A stretch of DNA of 64,000 nt from Octopus sinensis (taxonomy: Eukaryota), in assembly GCF_006345805.1 (NCBI RefSeq), contig NW_021835954.1:124001-188000 (forward strand). The letters run 5' to 3'. A program made the position numbers and the translations under genes. How positions within the stretch are numbered: position 1 is the first letter of the stretch; each line of letters starts with the position of its first letter. Shown here piece after piece: positions 42,101 through 54,340 of the stretch. Under the pieces are notes generated by a model that was not told the DNA's origin, did not search any database, and saw only the letters and a program-made list of their open reading frames with translations.

Positions 42101-42146
42101 TCTCTCCAAATGTATATATACATTATGCATTATGTATAATGTACAC
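15126..42146. repeat. ~27-kb satellite array: 51-bp unit (28-bp A + 23-bp B) interspersed with lone 28-bp A' units
   Basis: A=actgatctctctctcaatgtatatatac, B=actatgcatcatgtataatgtac, A'=actgatctctctccaaatgtatatatac. AB is 16/51 G+C. All MYTDLSLNVYIHYASCI ORFs derive from it. Confidence 0.99.
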
Positions 42147-42574
42147 AGCATTAAAATTTATTTCACTGAAAGACAGAAATATTAATTCAATATTTTACTG
42201 TAGTCTAGATTTCTCCATTCTATAAATTCAATGAAATATATAGATATTTCAGTTCAATATTGTTTTGAAATATAGATTTCTCAGTTCTATAATTATACTT
42301 CACTAAAACATATCTCCCTCAGTTCATATTCTACTGGGATTACCAATTAAAACCATTCCACTCTACTTCAATTCACTTATATCTGTTTGTAGATGGTTAG
42401 GGTCCAAAGGTTTACAATACAGCATCATGCTATACCCCTTCATCTTGTTTTGTATTGCACGAGGGGTTTTTGCTTGGGGGTTGTTTTTACAATATAGCCC
42501 TCTTTTTTTCAGCTGATGTCAGTAATATAGATTTCTAATATAGACAAAAGACACAAATTAGTGGGATGCATACC

Positions 42575-42725
42575 ATCATCATCATCATCACCACCATTTA
42601 ATGTCTAAGTCCTATGCAGGCATAGGCTGGATGGTTTGACAGGATCCGGTGAACCCAGAGGCCTGTGTCGAGTTCCAGTCTCTTCTTTGGTATGGTTTCT
42701 CTGGCTGGATGCTCTCCCTAATGCC
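42575..42725 (-). mobile_element. Decayed RTE-type 3' tail/SINE with (CAT)n
   Basis: Similar to the reverse complement of 63430-63582. Confidence 0.6.
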
Positions 42726-42734
42726 TATTTCTTT

Positions 42735-42958
42735 ACCGCCCACAGGGGGCTACACACAGAGGGGACAAACAAGGACAGACACACGGGTTAAGCCGATTAC
42801 ATCGACCCAGTGCATAACTGGTACTTATTTAATCGACCCTGAAAGGATGAAAGGCAAAGTTGACCTCAGCGGAATTTGAACTCAGAATGTAGCGGCAGAC
42901 GAAATACCGTTAAGCATCTCGCCCGGCGTGCTTACGTTTTTGCCAACTCGCTGCCTTC
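42735..42958 (-). mobile_element. tRNA-derived SINE
   Basis: Reverse complement of 58198-58425. B-box-like gagttcaaattcc and central gtcgactttgcctttcatcctttc domain. Confidence 0.85.
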
Positions 42959-43382
42959 CTAATGCTAGCAACTTACAGAGTGTGCTGGGTTTTTTAGGGG
43001 TTTTTTTTTTGTGTGTGTGCACTAGTGAAGTCACCAAATAACTTGCAAGACAAAGAAAAAAGCCCATTTGACTGAGTGAGATTGTAATAGAGAGGGAGGT
43101 GGCTGTATGCCATCGTATGTAGGTAGGATGAAATATGATAGAAGGACAGGCATTATATAAGAGTGGATTAGTGTAACTGGAAAAAAAGATAAAAATGGTG
43201 CTGATTAGGGGGTCAGTGTGTATGTTCAAGAATGTCAGTGTTATCAACTCCATTATTTGGATGCTGTGGTGTCGGTAGAATTAGAGCCACCCAAGATGGG
43301 TCGTTAGATTTGCTTCTCTTCTCCAATCAAAACCACAACATATTACAATATGTGTTTTTAAATGTCTTTTATTTATATTTTC

Positions 43383-43579
43383 GGAGATGTACTTGCATAG
43401 CAAGTGACCTGATCTGAGATCGTGTGCTGGAACGAAAACAATGCAGCATGGAAGGTGTTTGTAAGCCATTTAAGAAACACACAAAACCGTTAGATTCACT
43501 TCAACATTTAAATTTAATTTGCCAAAATATTTTCATTGCTTTGAGACCGCGACCTGTTCACTGACAAAATTCCATGCTG
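43383..43579. repeat. Single copy of repeat family C
   Basis: Matches 6468-6590 directly and 6607-6783 in reverse complement. Confidence 0.9.
43520..43566 (-). ncRNA. Hammerhead-like fold with G3-C8 swapped core (family C)
   Basis: Minus strand: tgtca-GTGAACA-g-gtcgc..gcaat-GAAA-ATATT-T^tggca. Helix III is the palindrome AATATT and stem I is tgtca/tggca. Confidence 0.45.
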
Positions 43580-43607
43580 TTTCAGTCATAAGACCAGCGT
43601 TTCTCAA

Positions 43608-43662
43608 CTGGGGTTCCCTGTAACCCTAGGGTTCTGCAAAAGGTTCCTAGGGGTTCCGCGAG
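43608..43662 (+). mobile_element. Possible hAT (Charlie-like) 5' terminal fragment
   Basis: cagcgtttctcaactggggttcc...ggggttccgcga resembles CAGyGkTTCTCAAC termini. No matching right end seen. Confidence 0.3.
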
Positions 43663-43719
43663 AAAGAGTGATATAAGGTAATGCTAATTTCATGATATAT
43701 AATTATATATATATATATT

Positions 43720-44568
43720 CAAGGGTAGTCCCAAAAGTAAGGTCTCCAAAGCACTTGGAATGCAGGGAAACTGTGTGTGCAGCTACTGGCAACACTGTTG
43801 TGTTTGTTGTGCATGTGCCTGCAACTGCCCCTGCATGCACTTCACTGTCACACTCAGTTTTGGCTTGGTAGTCCTATCTGATGGAGCTCTTGATTGACGC
43901 TACTGCCAAGTGTGAAGTTTGCGCAGTTATTTGGTTTTTGAATGCAAAAGGTGTGAAACTGATTGAAATTCATCACCAATTAGCAGAAGTGTATGGCAAG
44001 TCATGCATGATTGTCAGAAAAGTCTGCAAGTGGTGTAGGTAGTTTGCAGCTGATCGTACTGATATTCATGATGAAGAAAGAAGTGGGTGACCATCAATTT
44101 CCTACGAGACAGTCGTGAAGGTTGAGCAAACCCTGTGGGAAAATCAGTGGACCACTCTGGATAATCTCTGCATTTTAGTTCCTGAGGTTTCCTGAAACAC
44201 CATTCATAGGGTTTTGAGTGAAAAGTTGCAACATAAGAAGGTGGGTCCCACGAATGCTCACAGAAGACCATAAATGGCAACCCACCTGTTCCCTAAGTTG
44301 AAAGAACATTTGGTCGGAACGTGCTTCAGCAACAAGAACGAAGTGAAAGATGACGTTCAGCATTTCCTCAGTGACATGGCAGTGAACTGGTATGACATGG
44401 GCATACAAAAACTGCCCCAGTGCCTACAAAAATGCATTAGCTGAAATGGCGAATATGTAGAAAAATAGATAAATGTTCAAACTTTAAAATGGTGTAAACA
44501 TCATTGACAATAACCATTTCTGTGATTTCTAAATATTTTAGGAGACCTTATTTTTGGGACTACCCTCA
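43720..44568 (+). mobile_element. Internally deleted mariner with both TIRs
   Basis: TIRs aagggtagtcccaaaagtaaggtctcc / ggagaccttatttttgggactaccctc. Remnant reads AKCEVCAVIWFLNAKG..IEIHHQLAEVYG..VCKWCR..DEERSG..RMLTEDHK..LFPKLKEHL..GIQKLPQCLQKCIS*NGEYVEK. Confidence 0.88.
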
Positions 44569-45769
44569 TGTGTGTGTGTGTGTGTGTATCATCATTTAAC
44601 GTCCTCTTTTCATGCTAATATATATATATATATCTTTCTCCATGACTCCTTTTCATTTGATGCCAAGGACACATTTTCCAATGGCTATTGTGAATCTATA
44701 TCACTATTAGGTAAGGCACAGCAGATAACCACAGGCCTTCCTTGATATTTCAGGCTTCAGGCTGATGTACCTCTGAAACTCCTCTCTTACAGGTCCTAAC
44801 TCCAAAGATCAATTTTACCCGTATGCTCTTCTTTGTGCTGTTACTTCTACAATCTTTTGAAATGTTCACTTTTATGCAGATAAAACTACCTTCGCATTCT
44901 TACTGCCTCCTTAATGTCTTGCACTAAAGTGACATCCACATTCAACTTAGACATCACACATCAAACCAGCACTGACTCTTATCAAAAGAGACCATGAAAA
45001 TATCCCCCAATCTTGTTGTACCAATCTTGTTCCCTTCAACAGTACAAAAGCACTATCGCTAATCATATCAAGAAAATAACTTAGTGTCCCACCTCTTAAA
45101 GCAGAAACAATACCCCAACTTCCTACGCAACCGCTGAGCCTGGATGCGCATTCATCCATCCGTCGATGCTCTCGGTGTCGGGGGTTGACCTGCTTTCTCT
45201 TCTGCGGGTCTTACGAATAGCAAAGGACCATGTTTCAGACTTCTCCCATCTTGTGAGCTCTGGGACAAAGACCATTCGCTCAACAGCAACAGCAGAAACA
45301 ACAAATGCCATGTATAAGTCTTAAAGTCACTACAAACGCATGTGTGAATGTTATAAGCAACTGATGTTACAGAAACAGCTTGAAATAATATTCAGGTTGC
45401 CCTCATTATGATTTTGATGACATCCTGTTTCAGTACCAATTGTACATCATCTCACACACACACACTCACACCATTGTTTCCTAACATTAGCACATATTAG
45501 CAAGGGTTGTACAATCCAAATAAATTGACCCACGTATCAATATTTCTTCTAATTTGTTTGATATGCACAAAAATCTTATGTTGTTCTCAATTTTTTCTCC
45601 TATGACGAAAGGACATGTGCACTGGAACCTTGTATAAATGTAACTTGAAATAAGTATATTTAACAATTCCTTCGTTATTTTTGGCAACAAACCTTTTGTA
45701 TGCACGTAATTTTCTTGTGCAGTGGCTGCAAAACCCGTGTCCATATATGTGCTTAGGGAACACGTGGGT

Positions 45770-45950
45770 TGCAATCTATGGTCTTCTGTGAGCATTCGTG
45801 GGACCCATCTTGCACACACCTTCCAATATTGCAATTTTTCACTCAGAACTCTATGAACGGTGCTTCAGGAAACCTCAGGAACCAAAATGCAGAGATCATC
45901 CAGAGTGATCCACCGATTTTCCCACAGGATTTGCTCAACCTTTTATATAT
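45770..45950 (-). mobile_element. Mariner fragment, same family as 43720-44568
   Basis: Reverse complement matches 44130-44275 and retains KVCARWVPRMLTEDH. Confidence 0.85.
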
Positions 45951-46335
45951 AATACAGCTCAGCTGGAAGAATGCCCAGTACTTGATGGGTTCTTTATTTT
46001 ATCAACCCTAGAAGGATAAAATGCAGCGTCAGCTCTGATAGTATGTGAACTCAGAAGCTTAAAAAGAACACAACAGAATCCACAGGACATTTTGTTTGAT
46101 GCCCGGCATTAACTGTCACTCTACTGCCAATAGGATCTCCATTGGTTAAAACTCATAATGTGGATTCACTCATATGTGTGCAGGCCAGGACAAGGGTTTT
46201 TTGCAGAAAACTTGCAGTTGCCTGTTCATGCAAATCTCTCCTCTCCATCAAAGAAAAGGTTATTGGGCCACTAAAGCTTGGCACCACTCTCATCAAGAGA
46301 TTGCTGTCAGAATGCAATGATCCAGAACAGATACC

Positions 46336-46866
46336 TATTTCTTTACTACCCACAAGGGGCTAAAGACAGAGAGGACAAACAAGGACAGACAAACGAATTA
46401 AATCAATTATATCAACCTCCAATGCGTAACTGGTACTTATTTAATCAACCCAGAAAGGATGAAAGGCAAAGTCGACCTCAGCGGAATTTGAACTCAGAAC
46501 GTAGTGGCAGACGAAATACCTATTTCTTTACTACCCACAAGGAGCTAAACATAGAGGGGACAAACAAGGACAGACAAACGAATTAAGTCAATTATATCGA
46601 CCCCCAGTGCGTAACTGGTACTTATTTAATCAACCCCGAAAGGATGAAAAGCAAAGTTGACCTCCGCGGAATTCGAACTCAGAACATAGTGGCAGACGAA
46701 ATAGCTATTTCTTTACTACCCACAAGGGGCTAAACAAGGACAGACAAACGAATTAAGTCGATTATATCGATCCCAGTGGTACTTATTTAATTTACCCCGA
46801 AAGAATGAAAGGCAAAGTCGACCTCAGCTGAATTTGAACTCAGAACGTAGCAGCAGGCAAAATACC
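46336..46866 (-). mobile_element. Tandem trimer of a tRNA-SINE body (period 185 bp)
   Basis: tatttctttactaccc starts at 46336, 46521 and 46706. Each unit ends ...gaactcagaac..ggcagacgaaatacc. Confidence 0.9.
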
Positions 46867-47407
46867 ACAAGACATCTTGCTTGACCCATGTAATAGTTTT
46901 GTTAATCCTCCACTCCGGATTGCTACATTTTCACCAACTCCATAAAAACAAAAGGCAAAGTTGACCTTAGAAGGATCTGAACTCAGAGTTTAGAGAACCA
47001 GAACAATAATGTAGGCATTCCAACACTATTTTGACCCTACCAACCTACCACATAGAATCAATCGATACATAAAATTTAAATTTTAAATAAAACCGTAAAT
47101 CTATATTTACAAATGCTTATAAAACCAAAATACAGCACCCACAATCTTCAGAAACACTTATTCACACTCAGAATTATCAAAGCATGGGATAAACTACCCA
47201 TGTCAGTTGTTAGCAGTCAGACACAATCCTTCAAGAATTCTATGCTTCTTGAAATTTGCCAACACCACCCCTAATGTACCTATGTACCCTTTTTGCATTA
47301 TGGCTCTTTTATTGCACATTTTTTGGTCTCTGTTTTATTCTGTGCATGTACTTTCACTGCTGTCTTCCATTACTTAACATGTGGCTGCTTTCTGTCCCCT
47401 CTTTTAA

Positions 47408-47612
47408 CCCTTTCATTACCAACCCAGCTGAAACCGGCTCTGGCTCTGTAGTACAAATTTTGAATTAAAATCTTCCATCAAACCTTTGCCACAATTAATG
47501 TTCCTAATACTAGCTGAATGATAACTAAGTTATTTTACTAAATCCTTTGTTAGATTTTAAATTAATTGAAAGAAACACGGAGCATCTCAAAATAAATACA
47601 GTAATGAAAGGG
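47408..47612. mobile_element. piggyBac-like MITE (205 bp)
   Basis: TTAA|ccctttcattac ... gtaatgaaaggg|TTAA. Confidence 0.8.
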
Positions 47613-47672
47613 TTAATCTTTTCTGATGAGTTGTGCATTTCGGCATTGTATAAAACAAGCTCATTATAATAA

Positions 47673-48042
47673 AAATAAGAGCACTCAGAGAGCGCAAACC
47701 TTCACCAAAGCAACACCAATGTCCTCTCAACAATTAACCAGAGATGATTTTTGAAATGTGAATATCTGAAATAAACTCAATTGCTCTCACAAATGAGAAT
47801 ACTAAAAATTAACCCAACCACTCACAAAAATTAAGTAAAAAAAAAACAGGAAAAATAATCCAGAATCCTTGTTTGGTACCAGATCAATCCCAAAATTTAA
47901 TCCGTTCGTGCCAGTCATGAAGCCAAACATCTCTGAAAGTTTCATCTGAATCCATTCAGTGGTTTTTGAGATATCTTGTCCACGGACAAACAAACAGATA
48001 CAACTGGAAACAAAACCTCCGCCTTTGTTAAGGTGGAGGTAA
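47673..48042 (+). mobile_element. Non-autonomous Helentron/HINE (DINE-1-like) element
   Basis: 5' aagagcactcagagagcgcaaacct. Core aaagtttcat..aatccattcagtggttttt and short (ACAA) repeats. 3' hairpin acctccgcctt-tgtt-aaggtggaggt. Confidence 0.6.
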
Positions 48043-48785
48043 ATATAAATAAAAAGTTCTTTTTGTTTTATTTAATTAATTTAATAACAATAATTATATA
48101 AAAAGAACAAAGTAACCCCCACCCCCCAAAAAAGGTTGTAAGTTACATTATAAATCAATATTGTTGTACCAAAATAGGTTTCTTGTAGAAGAAGAATTCT
48201 GTTGTTCTTTGCCAAAAATAGATTTGGTCATAAAAGTCATATTCAGTTTGGGATGCCAAATACAGAAACACTGGAGTTTTGATGAGAAAAAGATTACGGT
48301 GATAAAGAATCTTCAAGAAATAAAATACCATTTTTCAGAATATTTTTCTTTCTTTTTCATTTTGTTGGTTCATAGTTTTAGAAACAAATCTTGGAATCCT
48401 ATTATAGACGTTCTAGACAAAATTACTGGCTTGAGAAAATTATTCATCTAATTTAATACACATGATTTATAAGTCTCTGTTTGTCTCTATTCTTAGATAT
48501 GACAAATGAGAATAAAATGAGTAATTTTTGCTAAACTTGAAATTTTACTCACATATGCAGATAAGTAGTACGTACATTTGTATGTATGTATGTACTTACA
48601 AACATAACATACTTATAATTATTGTCATAATCGCCATTGTTTTAAATACATTTTTTTTCATGCTGGCAAAAGTTGGATAAATTTTCTGAGGTAATGTTTA
48701 CAGTTGGATACTTTTTCTCATCAGCAGCCCTTTTAATCAACCAAGTTATGTTTACACACACACACACTCTCTCTCTCTCTCTTTA

Positions 48786-49002
48786 TTCTTTTACTCTTTT
48801 ACTTGTTTCAGTCATTTGACTGCGGCCATGCTGGAGCACCACCTTTAGTCGAGCAAATCGACCCCGGGACTTATTCTTTGTAAGCCCAGTACTTATTCTA
48901 TCGGTCTCTTTTGCCGAACTGCTAAGTGACGGAGACGTAAACACACCAGCATCGGTTGTCAAGCAATGCTAGAGGGACAAACACAGACACACAAACATAT
49001 AT

Positions 49003-49075
<73 letters not shown>

Positions 49076-49238
49076 TACGACGGGCTTCTTTCAGTTTCCG
49101 TCTACCAAATCCACTCACAAGGCTTTGGTCGGCCCGAGGCTATAGCAGAAGACACTTGCCCAAGATGCCATGCAGTGAGACTGAACCTGGAACCATGTGG
49201 TTGGTTAGCAAGCTACTTACCACACAGCCACTCCTGCA
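48786..49238 (-). mobile_element. Composite tRNA-derived SINE (head + (TA)n + second SINE module)
   Basis: Minus-strand A-box-like tggctgtgtggtaag and B-box-like ggttcagtctc. Head copies also at ~55395-55545 and ~52810-52890. Confidence 0.8.
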
Positions 49239-50610
49239 CCTGCATCCTCTTTCCTTCACACATAATCTTACACAACACAATACCTACATAAATACACATG
49301 CACACACACATATACGCACACACACACTTTCTCAGTATTTCTAAATTTAGTTGAGTTATCTAAAAAGAAACTATTGAAATATCAAAAATAAAAGTTCCTT
49401 GCAAGAAAATTCCATCTCAATACCTTTGAAAATTAAGACAGAGAGACAAAACTATTGAAAAGGTTGCAAGACGCAATGAAAATTTTAGGAAAATAAAAAT
49501 AAGAGAAAACTGGAAACTTTACCAGTGAGTGTGTTAAATAATAAGGCACAAAAAGAAAATGACTCCCCCAGACACAACAGAATATGCTTCAACACACGAA
49601 CTCATATAAAGAATCTTGCAAACCAAATCCAAAACCGAAATAAGACAGAAGAGAGATTTTAATAAAGATGCCTGAGAAATTAACATACAGAGTTAAACTT
49701 TCCCAACCATATTTTCTCCTTTCTCATTTTTCAAAAACAGACTCAAGAGAGCTCCTTCAGGATTAGTAAACCAGCAAGAAAATGCAGCCAAATCTTTCTC
49801 TCGGATCACACTCGAATTATCTTGTACACACTCTGTCTGAAAATAGGATGGATAGTCATGGCCAGATTACCTTTGATCGTATATATCTGCTCAAGTAGAG
49901 CCAAACTGAAGTAAAGCAAAAATAACAGTGGTTTCACACATAAATATAGCTGGGTATCTAACCCATCCCTCAAAGCAAACCCACTTGACATGTTCATATT
50001 TTCTCCACCCATTATCACTTACAATGTCATCTTACTCCAGATCTTACCCTACATGTGCCCTTTGATCCTTCCTTCTGCTCAGTTGCAACCCACTGGAATT
50101 CACTCACACACATACACATACACATTTTTTCCTGCAAGCAATCTATAGATATTCAAACTAAACATCAGCCACATGAATCTTGTCAATCCACATGAACCTT
50201 CAAATTTACCACATGTTTTAACTCACTTATACAAAAACAAGACCACATTCATCACACACACACACGCATACATGATGCTACAGAATTTAAACAATGAATT
50301 TCTTGGAACATTTCCCGAATCCTTTTCTGAGCATATTACCAATAAAATACACTGTCCGTTTATATCAGTTGATTTTTTAAATAATCAATAATTTTAAGTG
50401 CTCAAGTAAAAAAAATGCAAAAGTTTTCCTTAAGCTGGTGTCTGGGACATAACTTTAAAAAAAAACGGTTCTTATTTAAAATTGTAAAAGTTTTAAATTT
50501 TAATATGAACCCTTTAATATAGATGTCTTGTGTAATTGAACAAGAGGTAATTCCAGGTAGCTTGGTATCAAAAGGACTAAATGCTCAACTCTATTGTTGG
50601 TGAAGAGACA

Positions 50611-50780
50611 TTATTTTTCATTATCAATATCTTTGTAATTCTTTTTTTTACCACAGGAACAAATGGGAGAATTAAATAAAGATTCCACTTCTTCTAAAGG
50701 CAATCCTTTAGTTTCTGGTAGACTTGTGAAGACGAAAATTATTCCCATACCAGTTATAAATGCAAACAGCCAATAAGTAC
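50611..50780 (-). CDS. SLC2A13: Proton myo-inositol cotransporter-like, last coding exon
   Basis: Acceptor ttttccAG. Reads (G)TYWLFAFITGMGIIFVFTSLPETKGLPLEEVESLF...DNEK*, with the PETKG..LEE sugar-porter motif. Phase fits the previous exon. Confidence 0.85.
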
Positions 50781-52134
50781 CTGGAAAAGAAATAACAAAT
50801 TTATTTTTCATATTGTTACAGTGTCGTGAATGTGTAAAGGGGAAGCTTGGTCAATTAAATCGATTGTGAAGGGACAAACAATAAGATGTTACCCTGATAG
50901 GATTTGAACTGAGAACACAGACAAACGAAATTAAACACTGACAGCTGTGTAGTCTGGTGCTCCACTTCTTTTGTCTCTCTACGACCTTCTTAAATATAAT
51001 TAGTATTGACTTTTTGAAGAAGCACAAAATGGCAGATCTAATTAATGGTGAAAAGGAAAACATTGTTTGATAGTTGTGCATTATCAGTTAGAAAATAAGA
51101 ACAGGTTTACTCTAGCTATTTAATGGATGTGAATAACGGAAACGAAATGTGATTGTACGGTTGGCTATAATACACAAAAACGATGTGTGAAGCAATTGTT
51201 GATTGTAACTATTGATGAGAATGGGTGTGTGTTCGTATTGACATACTTGTTTTAACTGTGTATCATAGTTTTATATCTAAAAACGTCTGTCAGCTATCAA
51301 GCAAAGTCAACCAGATGAGGGTGTAACAGACTAAAACAAGTACACAGTTGTCCTTTGCTTGTAAACAATATCAGACTTTATTCCTTTATTCTAAGTATGA
51401 AAATTAACTCACAGAAGATTATTCTTAATTTCTTGAAATTATCTCCCCTTTTCTTTGAGAGTTACAAACATTTGCTGCTAGGTTTTTGTTTTCTTTCTCT
51501 AACCAAATGCACTACATCATTCTTTAACTTATTCATCACTACATCGTTCCTTAACTTATCAACATTCATTGCATTGGTCTACTTGAATGATGTCCCTTAG
51601 CACATTTTTTCAAAATTTCACAAATGTAAATCAAGAAGTATCTTGAGCTCCCTCAAGACAAAATGGAACGCCTGTTTTACTAACACAAATCACCTTGTGG
51701 ACGGACGGACGGATGGACGTACATACGTACGTACGTACATACATGCATGCATACATACATACATACATACATACATACAAACATACATATACTGGGTCAT
51801 CCCATTGGAAGGGGGTGTGCTTTTTGCTCGTAATTATATATACTGTGATCTGGGTATGGATTATCTGATTTTACTGCTTATCTTATGCCAAAGCACCCAC
51901 CAGTTTTTTCCCTTCTTACATGCCATATATATATTGTGGATACAAATAGGACTGGAAGTTCTGTGCTCAAACTGCCAACAGCTAAACTGCAACCCATTGT
52001 CTGCCACACAGTTCAGTGGGTTGCTATTTGTTGCTAAATGAGATTTAGTGATTTATTTGACTTTAATTTGTCTAGCATTTTACTATATTCAGTCAGAAGT
52101 CAACAAGAATGAGAAACTGAAATTTCTTCTACTG

Positions 52135-52283
52135 ATAGGCATTAGGAAGGGCATCCAGCTGTAGAAACTCTGCCAGATCAAGATTGGAGCCTGGTGCAGC
52201 CATCTGGTTTGCCAGTCCTCAGTCAAATCATCCAACCCATGCTAGCATGGAAGGCAGACATTAAACGATGATGATGATGATGA
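52135..52283 (+). mobile_element. RTE-type 3' tail/SINE ending in (GAT)n
   Basis: ttaggaagggcatccagctgtagaaac...ccaacccatgctagcatggaag...aaacgatgatgat. Confidence 0.75.
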
Positions 52284-52352
52284 TACAATTCTTCTTAGTT
52301 TCTTTAGTGTCTCATAAAGGCATCACATTTTCAACCAATTCAATATGTATTC

Positions 52353-52580
52353 CTTTATTGCCCACAGAGGGCTAAACATAGTGGGGACAAACAAGGACAG
52401 ACAAAGGGATTAAGTCGATTATATCGACCCCAGTGCATAACTGGTACTTAATTTATCCACCCTGAAAGGATGAAAAGCAAAGTCGACCTCGGTGGAATTT
52501 GAACTCAGAACGTAACGGCAGACAAAATATGGCTACGCATTTCGCCTGTCATGCTAACGTTTCTGCCAGCTCGCCGCCTA
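52353..52580 (-). mobile_element. tRNA-derived SINE (same family as 42735 and 58198)
   Basis: Direct similarity to 42735-42958. Confidence 0.85.
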
Positions 52581-53241
52581 ACCAATTCAATATTGTCTGT
52601 TGATATCCCAGGCCATTACAGTAATTCTACTTTTTACTTATTTACGTTAAATGACTCATATATATTTAGTTAGGCATGTGTTGCTTCATTGTTCATGGAA
52701 TAACAACTCTGTGGCTTTTGAATATTATGCAATGGTCATGACTTAACTCATCGCTACTATTCTAGAAACTCCCAATAGCAATAGCATTTTTGGGTCATCC
52801 TTGTTCATTGGAGCCCAGGGTTATAGCAGAAGACACTTGCCCATAATACCTTAGAGTGGGAATGAACCTGAAACCACACAACCATGCCTGTGTCAGTTAA
52901 TAAAACAAATTACTAAAGAACTTTTACCTTGCACTTACTACTAGTTTATCAGTCAAATGTATTCATTTTTCTCTTATTTGCCTTTCTGCAACTGTGGTTC
53001 TAGCTATATTCTTTCTCTGTAAATAAAGGGGCATGCCCAAAATGCTGACCGTTTCGCTCCTCACAACAGATCAATTCAATGTGTTACAAATTTCTATGGT
53101 TTAACATCTGTCAATGTAAAACACCAACACTTATTTCAGGTTCTGAATTCAAATCTTACCTTATTTTTTAAGATTTGATATCATGGAAGGGGTTTTACCC
53201 ATGACTTTTGTAAACCTAACATTAATGACTGCAGGAAAAAC

Positions 53242-53292
<51 letters not shown>

Positions 53293-53375
53293 CTGAGGGA
53301 TGATACTCTAAGAAGAAGGAATTGAGCTTGTAGTTAGTACAGGTTTGGAAATAGGAAGTGGAAAGAATAGTCACA

Positions 53376-53416
53376 ACTAGCACTATGACCCGGCAACGCC
53401 GGGTCATAGTGCTAGT
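53376..53416. other. Perfect 41-bp palindrome built from a Helitron-like 3' terminus
   Basis: actagcactatgacccggc-aac-gccgggtcatagtgctagt (19-bp arms). The core cccggcaacgccggg...CTAGT matches the Helitron ends at 4675, 7292 and 60653. Confidence 0.85.
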
Positions 53417-54187
53417 GCATGCATATATAGCTGCGTGCGTGCACACATACACGCGAGTACTGTCCAAATCTCCAACCATTCACATACAGCTAGATGGCAT
53501 TCAATTGGTGTATCAAGTTTCAGGCATTTTGATTGGGTTTTGGATAGAAAATTCACAAAAAAGTCACTTCCATTGATTTTTTAATGGCTTTGTGGGGTGA
53601 CTGGGGAAATGTAAAGATGTGCACGACCACCCTTGGATGGTTTTGAATGACCATAGAAAGTGCGAGCCCTCTAACTGAAAAATTGTGGATTTGTATAAAG
53701 GATACACACACACAGACAGACATTTTGCCGTTTATATATAGAGAGATATGAATCATGAAATGAAAAAAACAAGGCAGGTTGTCATGGGTTGGAAGCAGCC
53801 TGGGCCCAACAGATACACGGAGCAGAAGCCATTGTAGTAGTGGTAGAAAAAGTAGAAGAGGAGACAAGCATATCTGTAAGTCAGAGGTTGGATTGTGCTG
53901 GTGAGAAACTCCATACACATTCATGGGTGGTCTTTTTTCTTTTTACTTCAGTCTAAGATATTCGTATGTGAAATGGCAGCACTGTCTCAGATGTGGGGGC
54001 AGCATTACATTGTCTCACTAGAGCTAAAAACTCTCTGCCGTCTTGTGAGTACCACCACAGAGACAAAATATTACATGCTCAGTAAAAATCATTATTCAAA
54101 AGTATCACAAATTTTGGAATAAACATTAAAAAGAAAGGAAATTCTTCCTTTTATTATTTTAATAAAAGAAAAATTTCAAATACAAAC

Positions 54188-54340
54188 CATATTTTGTGAT
54201 GGTATCAGTCAATGTTAAAAACGTCATTGATACTAATAAGTTACAAATCCAGTTGACTGAGGTGGCCATAGAGTTGCATGTACCTCTCGCCCATTGCGGA
54301 TAGATCTCAGAATTGATAGTCCAGGGAAGGGGTCCCATAC
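54188..54340 (-). CDS. SLC2A13: Proton myo-inositol cotransporter-like exon (TM10-11)
   Basis: [51 protein letters not shown](G). AG/GT ends, 153 bp, phase 1-1. Confidence 0.92.

Noticed and set aside
15126-42146. CRISPR-like regular repeat spacing
   Set aside because: There are no unique spacers, and this is eukaryotic satellite DNA.
15244-42225. Dozens of MYTDLSLNVYIHYASCI repeat ORFs, up to 291 aa (33169-34044)
   Set aside because: They arise because the 51-bp unit is a multiple of 3 and stop-free in one frame. They break at every 28-bp unit, and there is no splice or codon evidence for a protein.
44947-45159. SDSAFVL resembling a PIF/Harbinger GDSAFPL motif
   Set aside because: A single short motif with no other DDE context or TIRs.
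49865-49905. Small exon-like segment with good AG/GT ends on the minus strand downstream of the SLC2A13-like stop
   Set aside because: No recognisable peptide or partner exons, and chance splice-like signals are common.
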